Notes under the pieces: generated by a model
What the model was told of the DNA's origin: nothing
What the model saw: only the letters and a program-made list of their open reading frames with translations
Database searches by the model: none
Assembly: GCA_964373045.1 (NCBI GenBank)
Contig: CAYJSI010000003.1
Span: forward strand, 9,030-73,029
Direction: 5' to 3'
Length of the DNA stretch: 64,000 bases
DNA from: an uncultured bacterium
GTDB taxonomy: Bacteria > Omnitrophota > Omnitrophia > Omnitrophales > Aquincolibacteriaceae
Program-made: the position numbers and the translations under genes
Shown: positions 46,448 through 55,900 of the stretch, in pieces
How the letters are laid out: every line of letters starts with the position of its first letter
Position numbering within the stretch: the stretch's first letter is position 1

Positions 46448-49400
46448 ACGAACCGACCTGAAAAAAATTCTCATCATCGGCTCAGGCCCGATCATCATCG
46501 GCCAGGCCTGTGAATTTGATTATTCCGGGACCCAGGCCTGCAAGGTGCTCCGCGAGGAAGGCTACGAAGTCGTGCTCATCAATTCGAATCCCGCCACCAT
46601 CATGACGGACCCCGAGATGGCCCACCGGACCTACATTGAACCGCTCACGGTTGAATTTCTCGAAAAAATCATTGAAAAAGAACGACCCGACGCTTGTCTT
46701 CCTACGATGGGCGGCCAAACAGGGCTGAACCTAGCGGTCGAGGCCTATGAGAAAGGCATCTTTAAAAAATACAACGTCGAACTCATCGGGGCCAAGTACG
46801 AGGCCATTAAAAAAGCGGAGAACCGAGCGGAATTCAAAAAGGCGATGCAGAAAATCGGCCTCGATCTTCCGCGGAGTGCTTTTGCCTACTCCGTCGAGCA
46901 GGCCATCCAAGCGGCGGAAGAGATCGGTTATCCGGTGATTGTGCGGCCAAGTTTTACCCTCGGCGGCTCCGGGAGCGGCATTTGTTTCAACCGCGAGGAA
47001 CTTGAAAAAACAGCGCGCCCCGGGATCGACTACAGCATGATCCACGAAGTCCTGATTGAAGAATCGGTGGTGGGGTGGAAGGAATTTGAACTTGAGGTCA
47101 TGCGGGATATCAAGGACAACTACGTGGTGATTTGCTCAATCGAGAATTTTGATCCCATGGGGATTCACACGGGTGACTCCATCACGGTGGCCCCGGCCCA
47201 GACGCTTACCGATAAAGAGTATCAGAGGATGCGCGACGCCGGCCGTAAGGTGATTTGTGAGATCGGGGTCGAGACCGGTGGCTCCAACATCCAGTTTGCC
47301 ATTGACCCAAAAACAGGGCGGATGGTGGTGATTGAAATGAATCCGCGCGTCTCGCGATCTTCCGCCTTGGCCTCGAAGGCCACCGGCTTTCCCATCGCAA
47401 AATTTGCCGCCAAGCTGGCCGTCGGCTGCACGCTGGATGAAATTCCAAACGACATTACCAAGTACACACCCGCTTCCTTTGAGCCCTCGATTGATTATTG
47501 CGTGGTCAAAATCCCGCGTTTTGCTTTTGAAAAATTCGAAGGGGTGAACACAACGCTTACCACTCAGATGAAGTCCGTGGGAGAGGCGATGTCCATTGGC
47601 CGCACCTTCAAAGAAGCTCTGCAGAAGGGCTTAAGATCGCTTGAGATCAAGCGCTTCGGCCTTGGGGGCGATGGCCGCGACAAGGTGTTTGGAGAGTCTC
47701 TACCAACGCGCGAAGCCTATTTGGATTTTATGAATAAGGCTTTGCGGGATGAAGAGCTCGGAAGGAAAATCAAAGGTTATATTGCGGTCCCAAAGGAGGA
47801 TCGGATTTTTTATGTGAAGTACGCTTTTCTCGCCGGGATTTCTCAGGATGAAATCTACAACCTGACTCATATTGATCCATGGTTCCTTGTTCAAATCAAA
47901 CAGATCGTTGATTTGGAAAAGGAATTGTTGGACGTAGGGACACGGCGCACCGTGTCCCTACAATTATTGAAACGTGCCAAACAATACGGTTTTTCAGACA
48001 GACAGCTTGCTTTTTACTGGGACAAGTCAGAGAAAGAGATTCGGGATTTGAGAAAAGCGCTCAAAATCCAGCCGGTTTATAAATTGGTGGATACCTGTGC
48101 GGCCGAGTTTAAGGCCTACACGCCTTACTTTTACTCCACCTATGAAGAGGAAAACGAAGCCATTTCGAGTGATCGCAAAAAGATCATGATCTTGGGCGGT
48201 GGACCGAACCGAATCGGGCAGGGCATCGAATTCGATTATTGCTGCGTCCATGCCGCCTTTGCCTTAAAAGAGCTGGGGTTTGAGACGATTATGGTCAATT
48301 CAAATCCCGAGACGGTGAGCACCGACTATGACACCTCGGACAAACTCTTTTTTGAGCCGCTTACCTTGGAGGACGTGCTCCATATTTATGAAAATGAAAA
48401 ACCGATCGGTGTGATCGTGCAGCTCGGCGGTCAGACCCCTCTTAACTTGGCCAAGAGCCTTGAAGCGAACGGAGTCAAAATTCTGGGAACGAGCGCCGAA
48501 GCCATTGATCGGGCCGAGGACCGGGATAAATTCAAACAGCTCCTTGAAAAAATTGATTTGAAACAGCCCGCCAACGGGACGGCGCGGACTTTGGAGGAGG
48601 CCCTGCAGGCGGCCAAGCGGATTGGATACCCGGTGGTGGTGCGGCCCTCGTATGTGCTCGGGGGGCGGGCCATGGAGATCGTTTATGACGAATCTTTCCT
48701 TAAAAAATACATTGCGCCGGCGATGGAGGCGAGCGATGAACACCCTGTGCTCATCGATCAATTTCTCGAGGATGCCATTGAGGTGGATGTCGATTTAATC
48801 GGTGACGGTAAGACCTACGTGGTGGGAGCGGTGATGGAACATATCGAGGAAGCGGGCATTCATTCCGGGGACAGCGCCTCCGTCATCCCCCCATTTTCCT
48901 TAAAAAAATCGATCATCGAGGAGATTATCGCCAAGACCAAAGCCATTGCGAGAGAACTTCACGTCGTGGGCCTTATGAATGTGCAATACGCCGTCAAAAA
49001 TGACATCGTTTATTGTCTTGAGGTCAACCCGCGCGCTTCGCGAACCGTGCCCTTTGTCAGTAAAACGATCGGACACCCTCTGGCCAAGCTTGCTGCTAAA
49101 GTCATGGGCGGGAAATCGCTTGAGGAACTCGGGTTTACCCAAGAGGTGCACCCCGAACACGTGGCGGTCAAAGAATCCGTTTTCCCCTTCATTAAATTTC
49201 CGGGAGTCGATATTATCCTGTCTCCTGAAATGAAATCGACGGGGGAAGTGATGGGGATTGATCGGGATTTCCCGCGCGCCTTCTATAAATCTCAAGACGC
49301 CGCTTCCTGTCACCTTCCTCACGAGGGCAAGGTCTTTATCAGCGTCAAAAATTCCGACAAAGAAAGGATTGTGCCCATTGCAAAAAAATTTCATGAGATG

Positions 49401-49757
49401 GGATATCCTCTCGTGGCCACCAAGGGAACGGGCGAGGTGCTTCAAAGGCATGGCGTTCCTGCCGAAATCGTTTTAAAGATTGTGGAGGGACGTCCGAACG
49501 TCGCAGATCTTATCCGCAACCGCGAGATCGGTCTCATCATCAATACTCCGAGCGGAAAAGGGCCGGTCTTAGATGAAGTCAAGATCCGTTCGCTCGCCGT
49601 TTCCTTCAATATCTCCTGCATTACAACAATCAGCGCCGCAAAGGCCGCTACCGTGGGGCTTGAGGCTGTCCGGGGCAAGGGCCTCGGCGTCAAAGCCATT
49701 CAGGATTATCATCCATGTACGACCCAACCGTCACGATCGACGATAACCGCAAAGTAA
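46440..49757 (+). CDS. carB: Carbamoyl-phosphate synthase large subunit
   Basis: Duplicated ATP-grasp halves ([25 protein letters not shown]... and [25 protein letters not shown]...). MGS-like C-terminal domain. 1105 aa. Confidence 0.95.
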   Translation: MPKRTDLKKILIIGSGPIIIGQACEFDYSGTQACKVLREEGYEVVLINSNPATIMTDPEMAHRTYIEPLTVEFLEKIIEKERPDACLPTMGGQTGLNLAVEAYEKGIFKKYNVELIGAKYEAIKKAENRAEFKKAMQKIGLDLPRSAFAYSVEQAIQAAEEIGYPVIVRPSFTLGGSGSGICFNREELEKTARPGIDYSMIHEVLIEESVVGWKEFELEVMRDIKDNYVVICSIENFDPMGIHTGDSITVAPAQTLTDKEYQRMRDAGRKVICEIGVETGGSNIQFAIDPKTGRMVVIEMNPRVSRSSALASKATGFPIAKFAAKLAVGCTLDEIPNDITKYTPASFEPSIDYCVVKIPRFAFEKFEGVNTTLTTQMKSVGEAMSIGRTFKEALQKGLRSLEIKRFGLGGDGRDKVFGESLPTREAYLDFMNKALRDEELGRKIKGYIAVPKEDRIFYVKYAFLAGISQDEIYNLTHIDPWFLVQIKQIVDLEKELLDVGTRRTVSLQLLKRAKQYGFSDRQLAFYWDKSEKEIRDLRKALKIQPVYKLVDTCAAEFKAYTPYFYSTYEEENEAISSDRKKIMILGGGPNRIGQGIEFDYCCVHAAFALKELGFETIMVNSNPETVSTDYDTSDKLFFEPLTLEDVLHIYENEKPIGVIVQLGGQTPLNLAKSLEANGVKILGTSAEAIDRAEDRDKFKQLLEKIDLKQPANGTARTLEEALQAAKRIGYPVVVRPSYVLGGRAMEIVYDESFLKKYIAPAMEASDEHPVLIDQFLEDAIEVDVDLIGDGKTYVVGAVMEHIEEAGIHSGDSASVIPPFSLKKSIIEEIIAKTKAIARELHVVGLMNVQYAVKNDIVYCLEVNPRASRTVPFVSKTIGHPLAKLAAKVMGGKSLEELGFTQEVHPEHVAVKESVFPFIKFPGVDIILSPEMKSTGEVMGIDRDFPRAFYKSQDAASCHLPHEGKVFISVKNSDKERIVPIAKKFHEMGYPLVATKGTGEVLQRHGVPAEIVLKIVEGRPNVADLIRNREIGLIINTPSGKGPVLDEVKIRSLAVSFNISCITTISAAKAATVGLEAVRGKGLGVKAIQDYHPCTTQPSRSTITAK

Positions 49758-50485
49758 ACGGAAAATACTTCAAACTCATTTTCCGCTCGAAGCCTCTTTC
49801 CCGCAAGGTCGAGCCCGGCCAGTTCATGAATGTTCAGTTGAAAGACTCACTCGATCCTTTTTTAAGGCGGCCCTTCAGTTATTACCGTGTTCTGAGGAGT
49901 CAAATCGAAATTCTTTATGAAGTTCTGGGCCACGGCACAAGTATTCTCGCGGGTTTAAAAAAAGGAGACCCCTTAAAAGTTTTAGGACCTTTGGGAAAGC
50001 CTTTTGCCAAAAAAATTCCTAAAGGAAAAAAAAGGGTGCTTGTGGCCGGGGGGGTGGGGGTCCCGCCGCTTGTTTTTTTAGCTGAACGTATTCCGGCCGA
50101 TTACCTTCTGATCGGCACGAAATCCAAACAGGAAGTCCTTCCCAAAAAGGAGCTCTCAAAGGCCAAAGCCGAGATTCTTTACTCCACCAACGATGGCTCT
50201 TACGGAACCAAAGGTTTTGTCACGGCTTTGCTCGAAAAGATCATTAAAGAAAACGGCGCCGGGAATCTTTTCATTCAAACCTGCGGGCCGGATATCATGA
50301 TGCAGGCCGTGATCAAGATTGCGCGCCGTGAGGGGATTGACGGCGAGGCCTCGCTCGATGAAACCATGGCCTGCGGTGTCGGCGCTTGCCTGGGGTGCAT
50401 GGTGAAGACCCAAGATCGCGGCTGGGTGCCCTCCTGCACCGAAGGACCTGTGTTTTCGTTTGGTGAGTTAGACAATAGTCCATAG
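49715..50485 (+). CDS. pyrK: Dihydroorotate dehydrogenase electron-transfer subunit
   Basis: FAD-binding RRPFSY. 2Fe-2S cysteines [11 protein letters not shown]...C at the C-terminus. 43-nt overlap with carB. Its last codons and TAG stop (50483-50485) lie inside a heptamer-repeat array. Confidence 0.85.
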   Translation: MYDPTVTIDDNRKVNGKYFKLIFRSKPLSRKVEPGQFMNVQLKDSLDPFLRRPFSYYRVLRSQIEILYEVLGHGTSILAGLKKGDPLKVLGPLGKPFAKKIPKGKKRVLVAGGVGVPPLVFLAERIPADYLLIGTKSKQEVLPKKELSKAKAEILYSTNDGSYGTKGFVTALLEKIIKENGAGNLFIQTCGPDIMMQAVIKIARREGIDGEASLDETMACGVGACLGCMVKTQDRGWVPSCTEGPVFSFGELDNSP

Positions 50486-50499
50486 ACCATAGTCGATAG
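50477..50499 (+). repeat. Left heptamer array (GTCCATAG-ACCATAG-TCGATAG) bounding the inserted four-helix-bundle element
   Basis: agtccatagaccatagtcgatag. Same heptamer family as the right array 50870-50898 and as the two 117-nt repeats in the giant 3' ORF. Confidence 0.7.
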
Positions 50500-50513
50500 A
50501 AAAGGGCGAAAGC

Positions 50514-50865
50514 ATGGCTTTCAAATTTGAAAATTTAGAAGTTTGGAAAAAGGCTTTAGAGTTGAGCTTTCAAGTGCATCAACTGACTAGGACATTTCCA
50601 AAAGAAGAATTGTATGTATTGAGTTCACAAATCCAACGAGCAGCAGATTCTGCAGTATTGAATATCGCAGAAGGAAGTACAACGCAAAGCAATTCTGAGT
50701 TTAAGCAGTTTCTGAGGTATGCATTGCGTTCCACGGTTGAAGTGGTTGCCTGCCTTTATCTGGGGAAAAAGAAGAAACCTTATCGAACAAGTAGATTTTG
50801 ATCGTCTTTATGTTCAGGCAGAAGAAGTTGCCAAGATGATTCAAGGGTTGCGTAAATCTCTTTAG
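50514..50865 (+). pseudogene. Four-helix-bundle protein gene (TIGR02436 / 23S-rRNA-intervening-sequence-protein family) with a +1 frameshift in an A-run
   Basis: Frame 0 gives MAFKFENLEVWKKALELSFQVHQLTRTFPKEELYVLSSQIQRAADSAVLNIAEGSTTQSNSEFKQFLRYALRSTVEVVACLYLGKKKKPYRTSRF*. After ggggaaaaagaagaaa (~50763-50778) the +1 frame continues NLIEQVDFDRLYVQAEEVAKMIQGLRKSL*, which is the expected family C-terminus. Extra A in the homopolymer, or a sequencing error. Confidence 0.75.
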
Positions 50866-50869
50866 TTTG

Positions 50870-50898
50870 CTATGGACTATGGTCTATCGACTATGGAC
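50870..50898 (+). repeat. Right heptamer array (CTATGGA-CTATGGT-CTATCGA-CTATGGAC), inverted relative to the left array
   Basis: ctatggactatggtctatcgactatggac, immediately before the pyrD ATG (50904). Confidence 0.7.
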
Positions 50899-50903
50899 TC
50901 AAC

Positions 50904-51848
50904 ATGAAAACGGATCTCACGACCACGATCAAGAACCTGACATTTCGAAATCCGATGACGGTGGCCTCGGGGACCTTTGGAACAAAAGGTGAGTTCGAAA
51001 AAGTGGTGAATTATGGGAAATTAGGCGCCATCATCACAAAAACGATTACCGTCAAGCCGCGCGCTGGAAACCCCATGCCCCGTATTTGTGAAACCGCGGG
51101 CGGGATGCTCAATGCCATCGGCCTGCAAAATAAAGGCCTCGATGATTTTATCGAAAACAAAATCCCTTACTTTGCTAAAATCGATACGCCTTTGATCGTG
51201 AACATTGCCGGAGAAACGCTCAAAGATTTTAGAACGCTCACAAAAGCTCTCGATCGAGAAAAGCCGGTCGTAAAAGCGCTTGAGCTGAATCTCTCCTGCC
51301 CGAATGTGGAAAGCGGCGGTGTGAATTCCATGAAAAAGCGGGAGCGCATTCTGGATGTGATCAACACGGTTAAATCCGAAACGGATTTAACCGTGTTTGC
51401 CAAGCTTTCGCCGGAACTTGGAGACGTGGTTGAAATCGCAGGGGATGTCATCAAAGCCGGAGCCGACGGCCTTAGTTTGATCAATACCCTGAAAGGAATT
51501 GCCATTGATGTTCATAAGCGAGTTCCCCGGATTTCGAATATCACAGGAGGATTGAGCGGCCCTGCCATCAAACCCGTGGCGCTTCGTTACGTTTACGAAG
51601 TGAAAAAACATCACAAAGTGCCGGTGATTGCTTCCGGCGGGATCATGAATGCTCAGGATGCAGTCGAATTTCTCATTGCAGGAGCCGATCTCCTTGCGAT
51701 CGGGACTGCCAATTTCGTCAATCCACGCGCAACCCTCGATATTCTGGAGGGGATTCAGGATTATTGCAAAGAAAAGAAGATTTGCGTGATCGACGAGCTT
51801 CGCGGCACACTCAACGTGTCGCACGGTTTCCATGAAGGAGTGATTTAA
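50904..51848 (+). CDS. pyrD: Dihydroorotate dehydrogenase catalytic subunit (class 1B)
   Basis: FRNPMTVASGTFG, NLSCPN, GGI..AQDAVEFLIAGA motifs. Confidence 0.9.
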   Translation: MKTDLTTTIKNLTFRNPMTVASGTFGTKGEFEKVVNYGKLGAIITKTITVKPRAGNPMPRICETAGGMLNAIGLQNKGLDDFIENKIPYFAKIDTPLIVNIAGETLKDFRTLTKALDREKPVVKALELNLSCPNVESGGVNSMKKRERILDVINTVKSETDLTVFAKLSPELGDVVEIAGDVIKAGADGLSLINTLKGIAIDVHKRVPRISNITGGLSGPAIKPVALRYVYEVKKHHKVPVIASGGIMNAQDAVEFLIAGADLLAIGTANFVNPRATLDILEGIQDYCKEKKICVIDELRGTLNVSHGFHEGVI

Positions 51849-52609
51849 TGACAAAGGTGCCAGAATCTCATTCTCAGAACCCGTCACCTGTCACCCGTGA
51901 CCCGAAACCTCAGTCTAAACTAATCGTTGCACTCGATACGGCAAGTCTTGAAGTTGCGAAAGAACTCATCGAGAAATTGAAGGGCGTCGTTTCTTTTTAT
52001 AAAATTGGTTTTGAACTTTTTACCGCACACGGCTGGAAGGCCGTGGAACTTGTGAAGCGCTCGGGCGCCCGCGTTTTTCTCGACCTCAAATTCCATGATA
52101 TTCCGAATACCGTGGCCAAAACGGCGTCTGTGATTGCCGCTCACGAGATTGACATGTTCAATGTGCATGCCCTCGGAGGCTTTGAGATGATGGAAGCGGC
52201 ACGCAAAGCGGTGGACGATGCCGTGAAGGGGAAAAAGAAAAAGCCCATTCTTTTAGCGGTAACGGTTCTTACAAGTCACAGCGAGGAAGATCTTGAAGCG
52301 ATGGGCATTGAAGGCAATCTCAAGGACGAAGTGCTGACCCTCGCCTGGCTTGCTAAAAAAGCCGGAATGGACGGCGTCGTCAGCTCTCCCCAGGAGATCA
52401 CGCTCCTACGCAATGAATTCCCGAAAGACTTCACGATTGTGACGCCTGGGATTCGCCCTGCTTACACCGCAAAAGGGGATCAAAAACGCACCTTCGGACC
52501 CAAAGAGGCCTTTGTCGCCGGGGCCGATTTTATTGTCGTGGGCCGCCCCATTACAGCCGCTCCGGACCCCCGCAGCGAGGCCATAGCGATCCAAAGCACA
52601 CTGAAGTAG
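51848..52609 (+). CDS. pyrF: Orotidine-5'-phosphate decarboxylase
   Basis: LIVALD...FYKIGFELF...VFLDLKFHDIPNTV motifs. Overlaps the pyrD stop. Confidence 0.9.
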   Translation: MTKVPESHSQNPSPVTRDPKPQSKLIVALDTASLEVAKELIEKLKGVVSFYKIGFELFTAHGWKAVELVKRSGARVFLDLKFHDIPNTVAKTASVIAAHEIDMFNVHALGGFEMMEAARKAVDDAVKGKKKKPILLAVTVLTSHSEEDLEAMGIEGNLKDEVLTLAWLAKKAGMDGVVSSPQEITLLRNEFPKDFTIVTPGIRPAYTAKGDQKRTFGPKEAFVAGADFIVVGRPITAAPDPRSEAIAIQSTLK

Positions 52610-52626
52610 GCCCGCGGGGAAGACAA

Positions 52627-52663
52627 CGGGGCCAGGTGGGGGCCAGGCCCCCCCCTGGCCCCG
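52627..52663 (+). terminator. GC-rich hairpin downstream of pyrF (possible terminator or processing site; no U-tract)
   Basis: cggggccagg-[tgggggccaggcccccc]-cctggccccg. 10-bp perfect stem with a structured loop. Confidence 0.35.
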
Positions 52664-52780
52664 ATGGCCTCGAGAGGTTTAATTTTGCTAGTTTGAATTA
52701 GTGATTACTCCAAAAAGGAATCGCTTGATCCAAATTACCCGTTCCCCTTTTTTATTCCTCGTTTTTTTAGGCCCGTTTCC

Positions 52781-52809
52781 TTGAAAAAGTGCAGATTGAA
52801 TGCTACACT
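52781..52809 (+). promoter_or_regulatory. Candidate sigma70 promoter TTGAAA-17-TACACT upstream of the giant 3' ORF
   Basis: TTGAAA 52781-52786, 17-nt spacer, TACACT 52804-52809. ~100 nt upstream of ATG 52908. Confidence 0.35.
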
Positions 52810-52907
52810 TTTTTCGATTTTACCATTCCACTAAAATTTCATTTCGTTAAAGGAAGCGCCGAACAAGGGGGATTGTGTTAGCCTATCTTAAGCCGATTAA
52901 AAAAGAG

Positions 52908-55900
52908 ATGAAAAAACAAATAAAATCCCTCACGGCCTCCCTCACCGTCCTCTGTTTTCTCGTCACTCAAATCGCCTCGGGCGCACCCTTCCTCTTCGCC
53001 TCACCCTATCGTGCCGAAATGGCTGCACAAAGGGAATTGATTCCTTTTCCCACCTTTGGGCTCAGCGTCCCTTCCGATCTGGGCGTGATCGATTATCTTC
53101 ATCGGGGTTCCGGCCCGGTTCTTCTGCATATTCAAACCGCCCACGGCCACTACGACGCTCAGAAAAAAATCGAAGCCCTACTTTACTATCTCAAGAAGGC
53201 CTACGGCATTCAGGATCTTTTCATCGAAGGGACGGCGGTCAAAATCCAGCCGGAACTTCTGCGTTTTTTCCCTGATGACAAGGAGCTCAATCGTGAAGTT
53301 CTTGACGGGCTCACGCGCCGGGCCTTTGTGAAGGGCTCTGAACTTTTTGCCGTGGACGAACCCGAAGCAAATCTCTATGGCATTGAGGAGCTCAAGTCCT
53401 ATCGCGTCAACAAATCCTCCTTTCGAGAGGTGCTCCGCGAGCAGGAGAAAACTGAGCGCTGGGTCAAAGAAATGGAAATGCAGATGGAGCGGCTCACCGG
53501 GCCTTATTTGAATAAGGAACTTCGAGCTTTTCTTAAGCGGATTGAGGACCACGAGGCCAATCGAATCGGCATGATGGACTGGCTCTCGATTCTAAAAGAA
53601 GAGGCCGAGAAACGCCTTGAGATCCGTCTGGCCGACCCCGCCTTTCAGCTTGACTGGCCTATGTTGGTGCGGGTCTTTAAACTCCGCGAACTCGATTCAA
53701 AATTGGATCCTCAGATTTACCCGAAAGAACGGGCCGAATTCCTTCGCTCGATCCGCCGTTTTCTCCCGGGCGCCCTCGCCCTTGAAATTCAAAAGGAGCT
53801 CATGCTCCCCCCCTCCGCTCAATCCCTTTCAGACCCTGGGACGAGTGAGCTCTTCCTTAAAATGGTGGAGCACCTTCCGCCGGGATTCCGTTATGACGCC
53901 TTTCCTCAGGTGAAATATTTCATCGGTCATTTAATTTTACAAAGTGAGCTCAAGGCCGAACGGCTTGTGAAGGAAGTGGAACAGGTTCAAGAGAAGATCC
54001 AAGCCAAGCTCGCCAAAACCCGTGAAGAAAAAGAACTCCTAGTACTTCTTCATGAGAAAAAACTTCTCACACGGCTTCTTCACCTTGAATTGACGCCGGG
54101 GGATTATGAAAAAATACGGGTCCCAGGTGCCGGGTCTCAGGTGCCAGGCTCTGTTCTTTCTGACACCCGACACCCGACACCCGTTACCCGTCACCTTCGT
54201 CCATCTTCCGTCGTTTCCCGTTTCCTTGCCGTGAACCGCGATCAGCGCGTTCGCAACGTCTCCTTCCGCCACTTAGAAGAAATCGACCGGCTTTACGAAA
54301 AGGCGCTTGAGTTTTACCGAGGCGCCAAAGAGCGTGATCAGTTCATGATAGACAATATCCTTCGGCTTATTCGGGATGAAAAGATTTCAAAAGCGGTTGT
54401 GATCACCGGAGGTTTCCACACCAAACCCTTCCAGGATTTTTTCACGAAAGAAAATTACCACTACGCCTCCATTTCTCCCAAGATTACCGAGATCGAACCC
54501 CGCGATGCCTATCTCCACGCCATTCTCCAGGATTCACCACTCACCAAGGCCTCCACACTTGAGGTGGACTCCATCGCAGTTCCAAAGGAGCAGCTTGTTC
54601 TTCACGGCACAAACTTTGAAATAGTGAATGGCATCGTGATGGGGGAACTCGAAACAGCGGCACGCAAAAAAGGAAAATGGAATGATTCAACCATTCAGGC
54701 TTTTGATCAAAGTGCTTATGCCAGGATAAACGGCGTACGGCTCAACCAAAATCTTTCTTTAGTTCCTCAAGCCCTTTCCCGGGCTGAGGTACGGAATATT
54801 GAGACAGAAGCAATTGAAGATGTTCAAGATTTTTATCAACTTCATTTTTTGGCTATGTTTTACGGCCATGAGTTTATACACCCTCAAGGGGATTCTCCGA
54901 GTCCGGCGAGTCTTGAAGATCAGGTTGACGCGTATAACTTTTGGATTACGCATTTTGAGCAGCGTAATTTATTCAACGGCACTCTTGCCGAAACCACTGC
55001 GGGGAGCAGAATAAGCGAAGAGCAATTTAATGCCCTCAAGGAATTTCTCCTGCGGACTTATCCTCGTCAAGGTAGTTTTCCTTCGTTGATTCACCGGTAT
55101 CTTATCGGTTTGGGTCAAAATCGTCTGGAGGAGGTGCTTGCGTTCATTGGCCAGGCAACGGTTCTGGAACAGCCCGAGGGTCGTCCCGGATTTTGGCGTG
55201 TCAATGGCGACTTAAAAAGTCAGAATAAAGCCATTGTTATTTGGGATGAAGGTACATCCATTCATTTCCGTGTGTTTTCGAGAGGGTCAGAACGCGAGAG
55301 TGATCAGGAATTTTTCTTTATTAATCCCGCTCATTTAGATGCTATTCGCAATGCGATAGAAGCAGCTTCTAGAGGAACCGTCCGAATTCCCCGCTCTGAG
55401 GTGAGGAAATTGGGCGAGGAGCAGGAGACGAGGCGGCCGATCAACCTGAGGGATGGCGGCGGTTTATATAGTACTGATAAATGGCTGCAATCCCGATCAT
55501 TACAGAGATTATGGTCATTGCTCCTAAGACTTCAGCCATGGTTTAACGCCCTCCTTTGGGGGGATAAAGAACCCACGCGACAACAAATCCGAGCGGTGGT
55601 TAATGCGAGCGCCGGCGGGAAAGATAATCCAGTAAGAGAATCCCGCCCATTATGGCCATCACAAAAAGAGCTGCACCATACAGCATCCAAATGGGGTGCA
55701 TCTCATCCTCCTTTTTTTGAATTCTTACGGTTAGCATTCAAACGAATAAATAAAAATAATCAGCCCACCCAGCATACAGCAACCGCCGAAAAAAATACTA
55801 GCATTAAATCCATCTCCTCTCAACAAGGGAATTACCAGCCCCGCCAAAATGACGGTATAAGTACTGACGCAAATTTTGACCAAATTTTCTCGGCGCTTGG

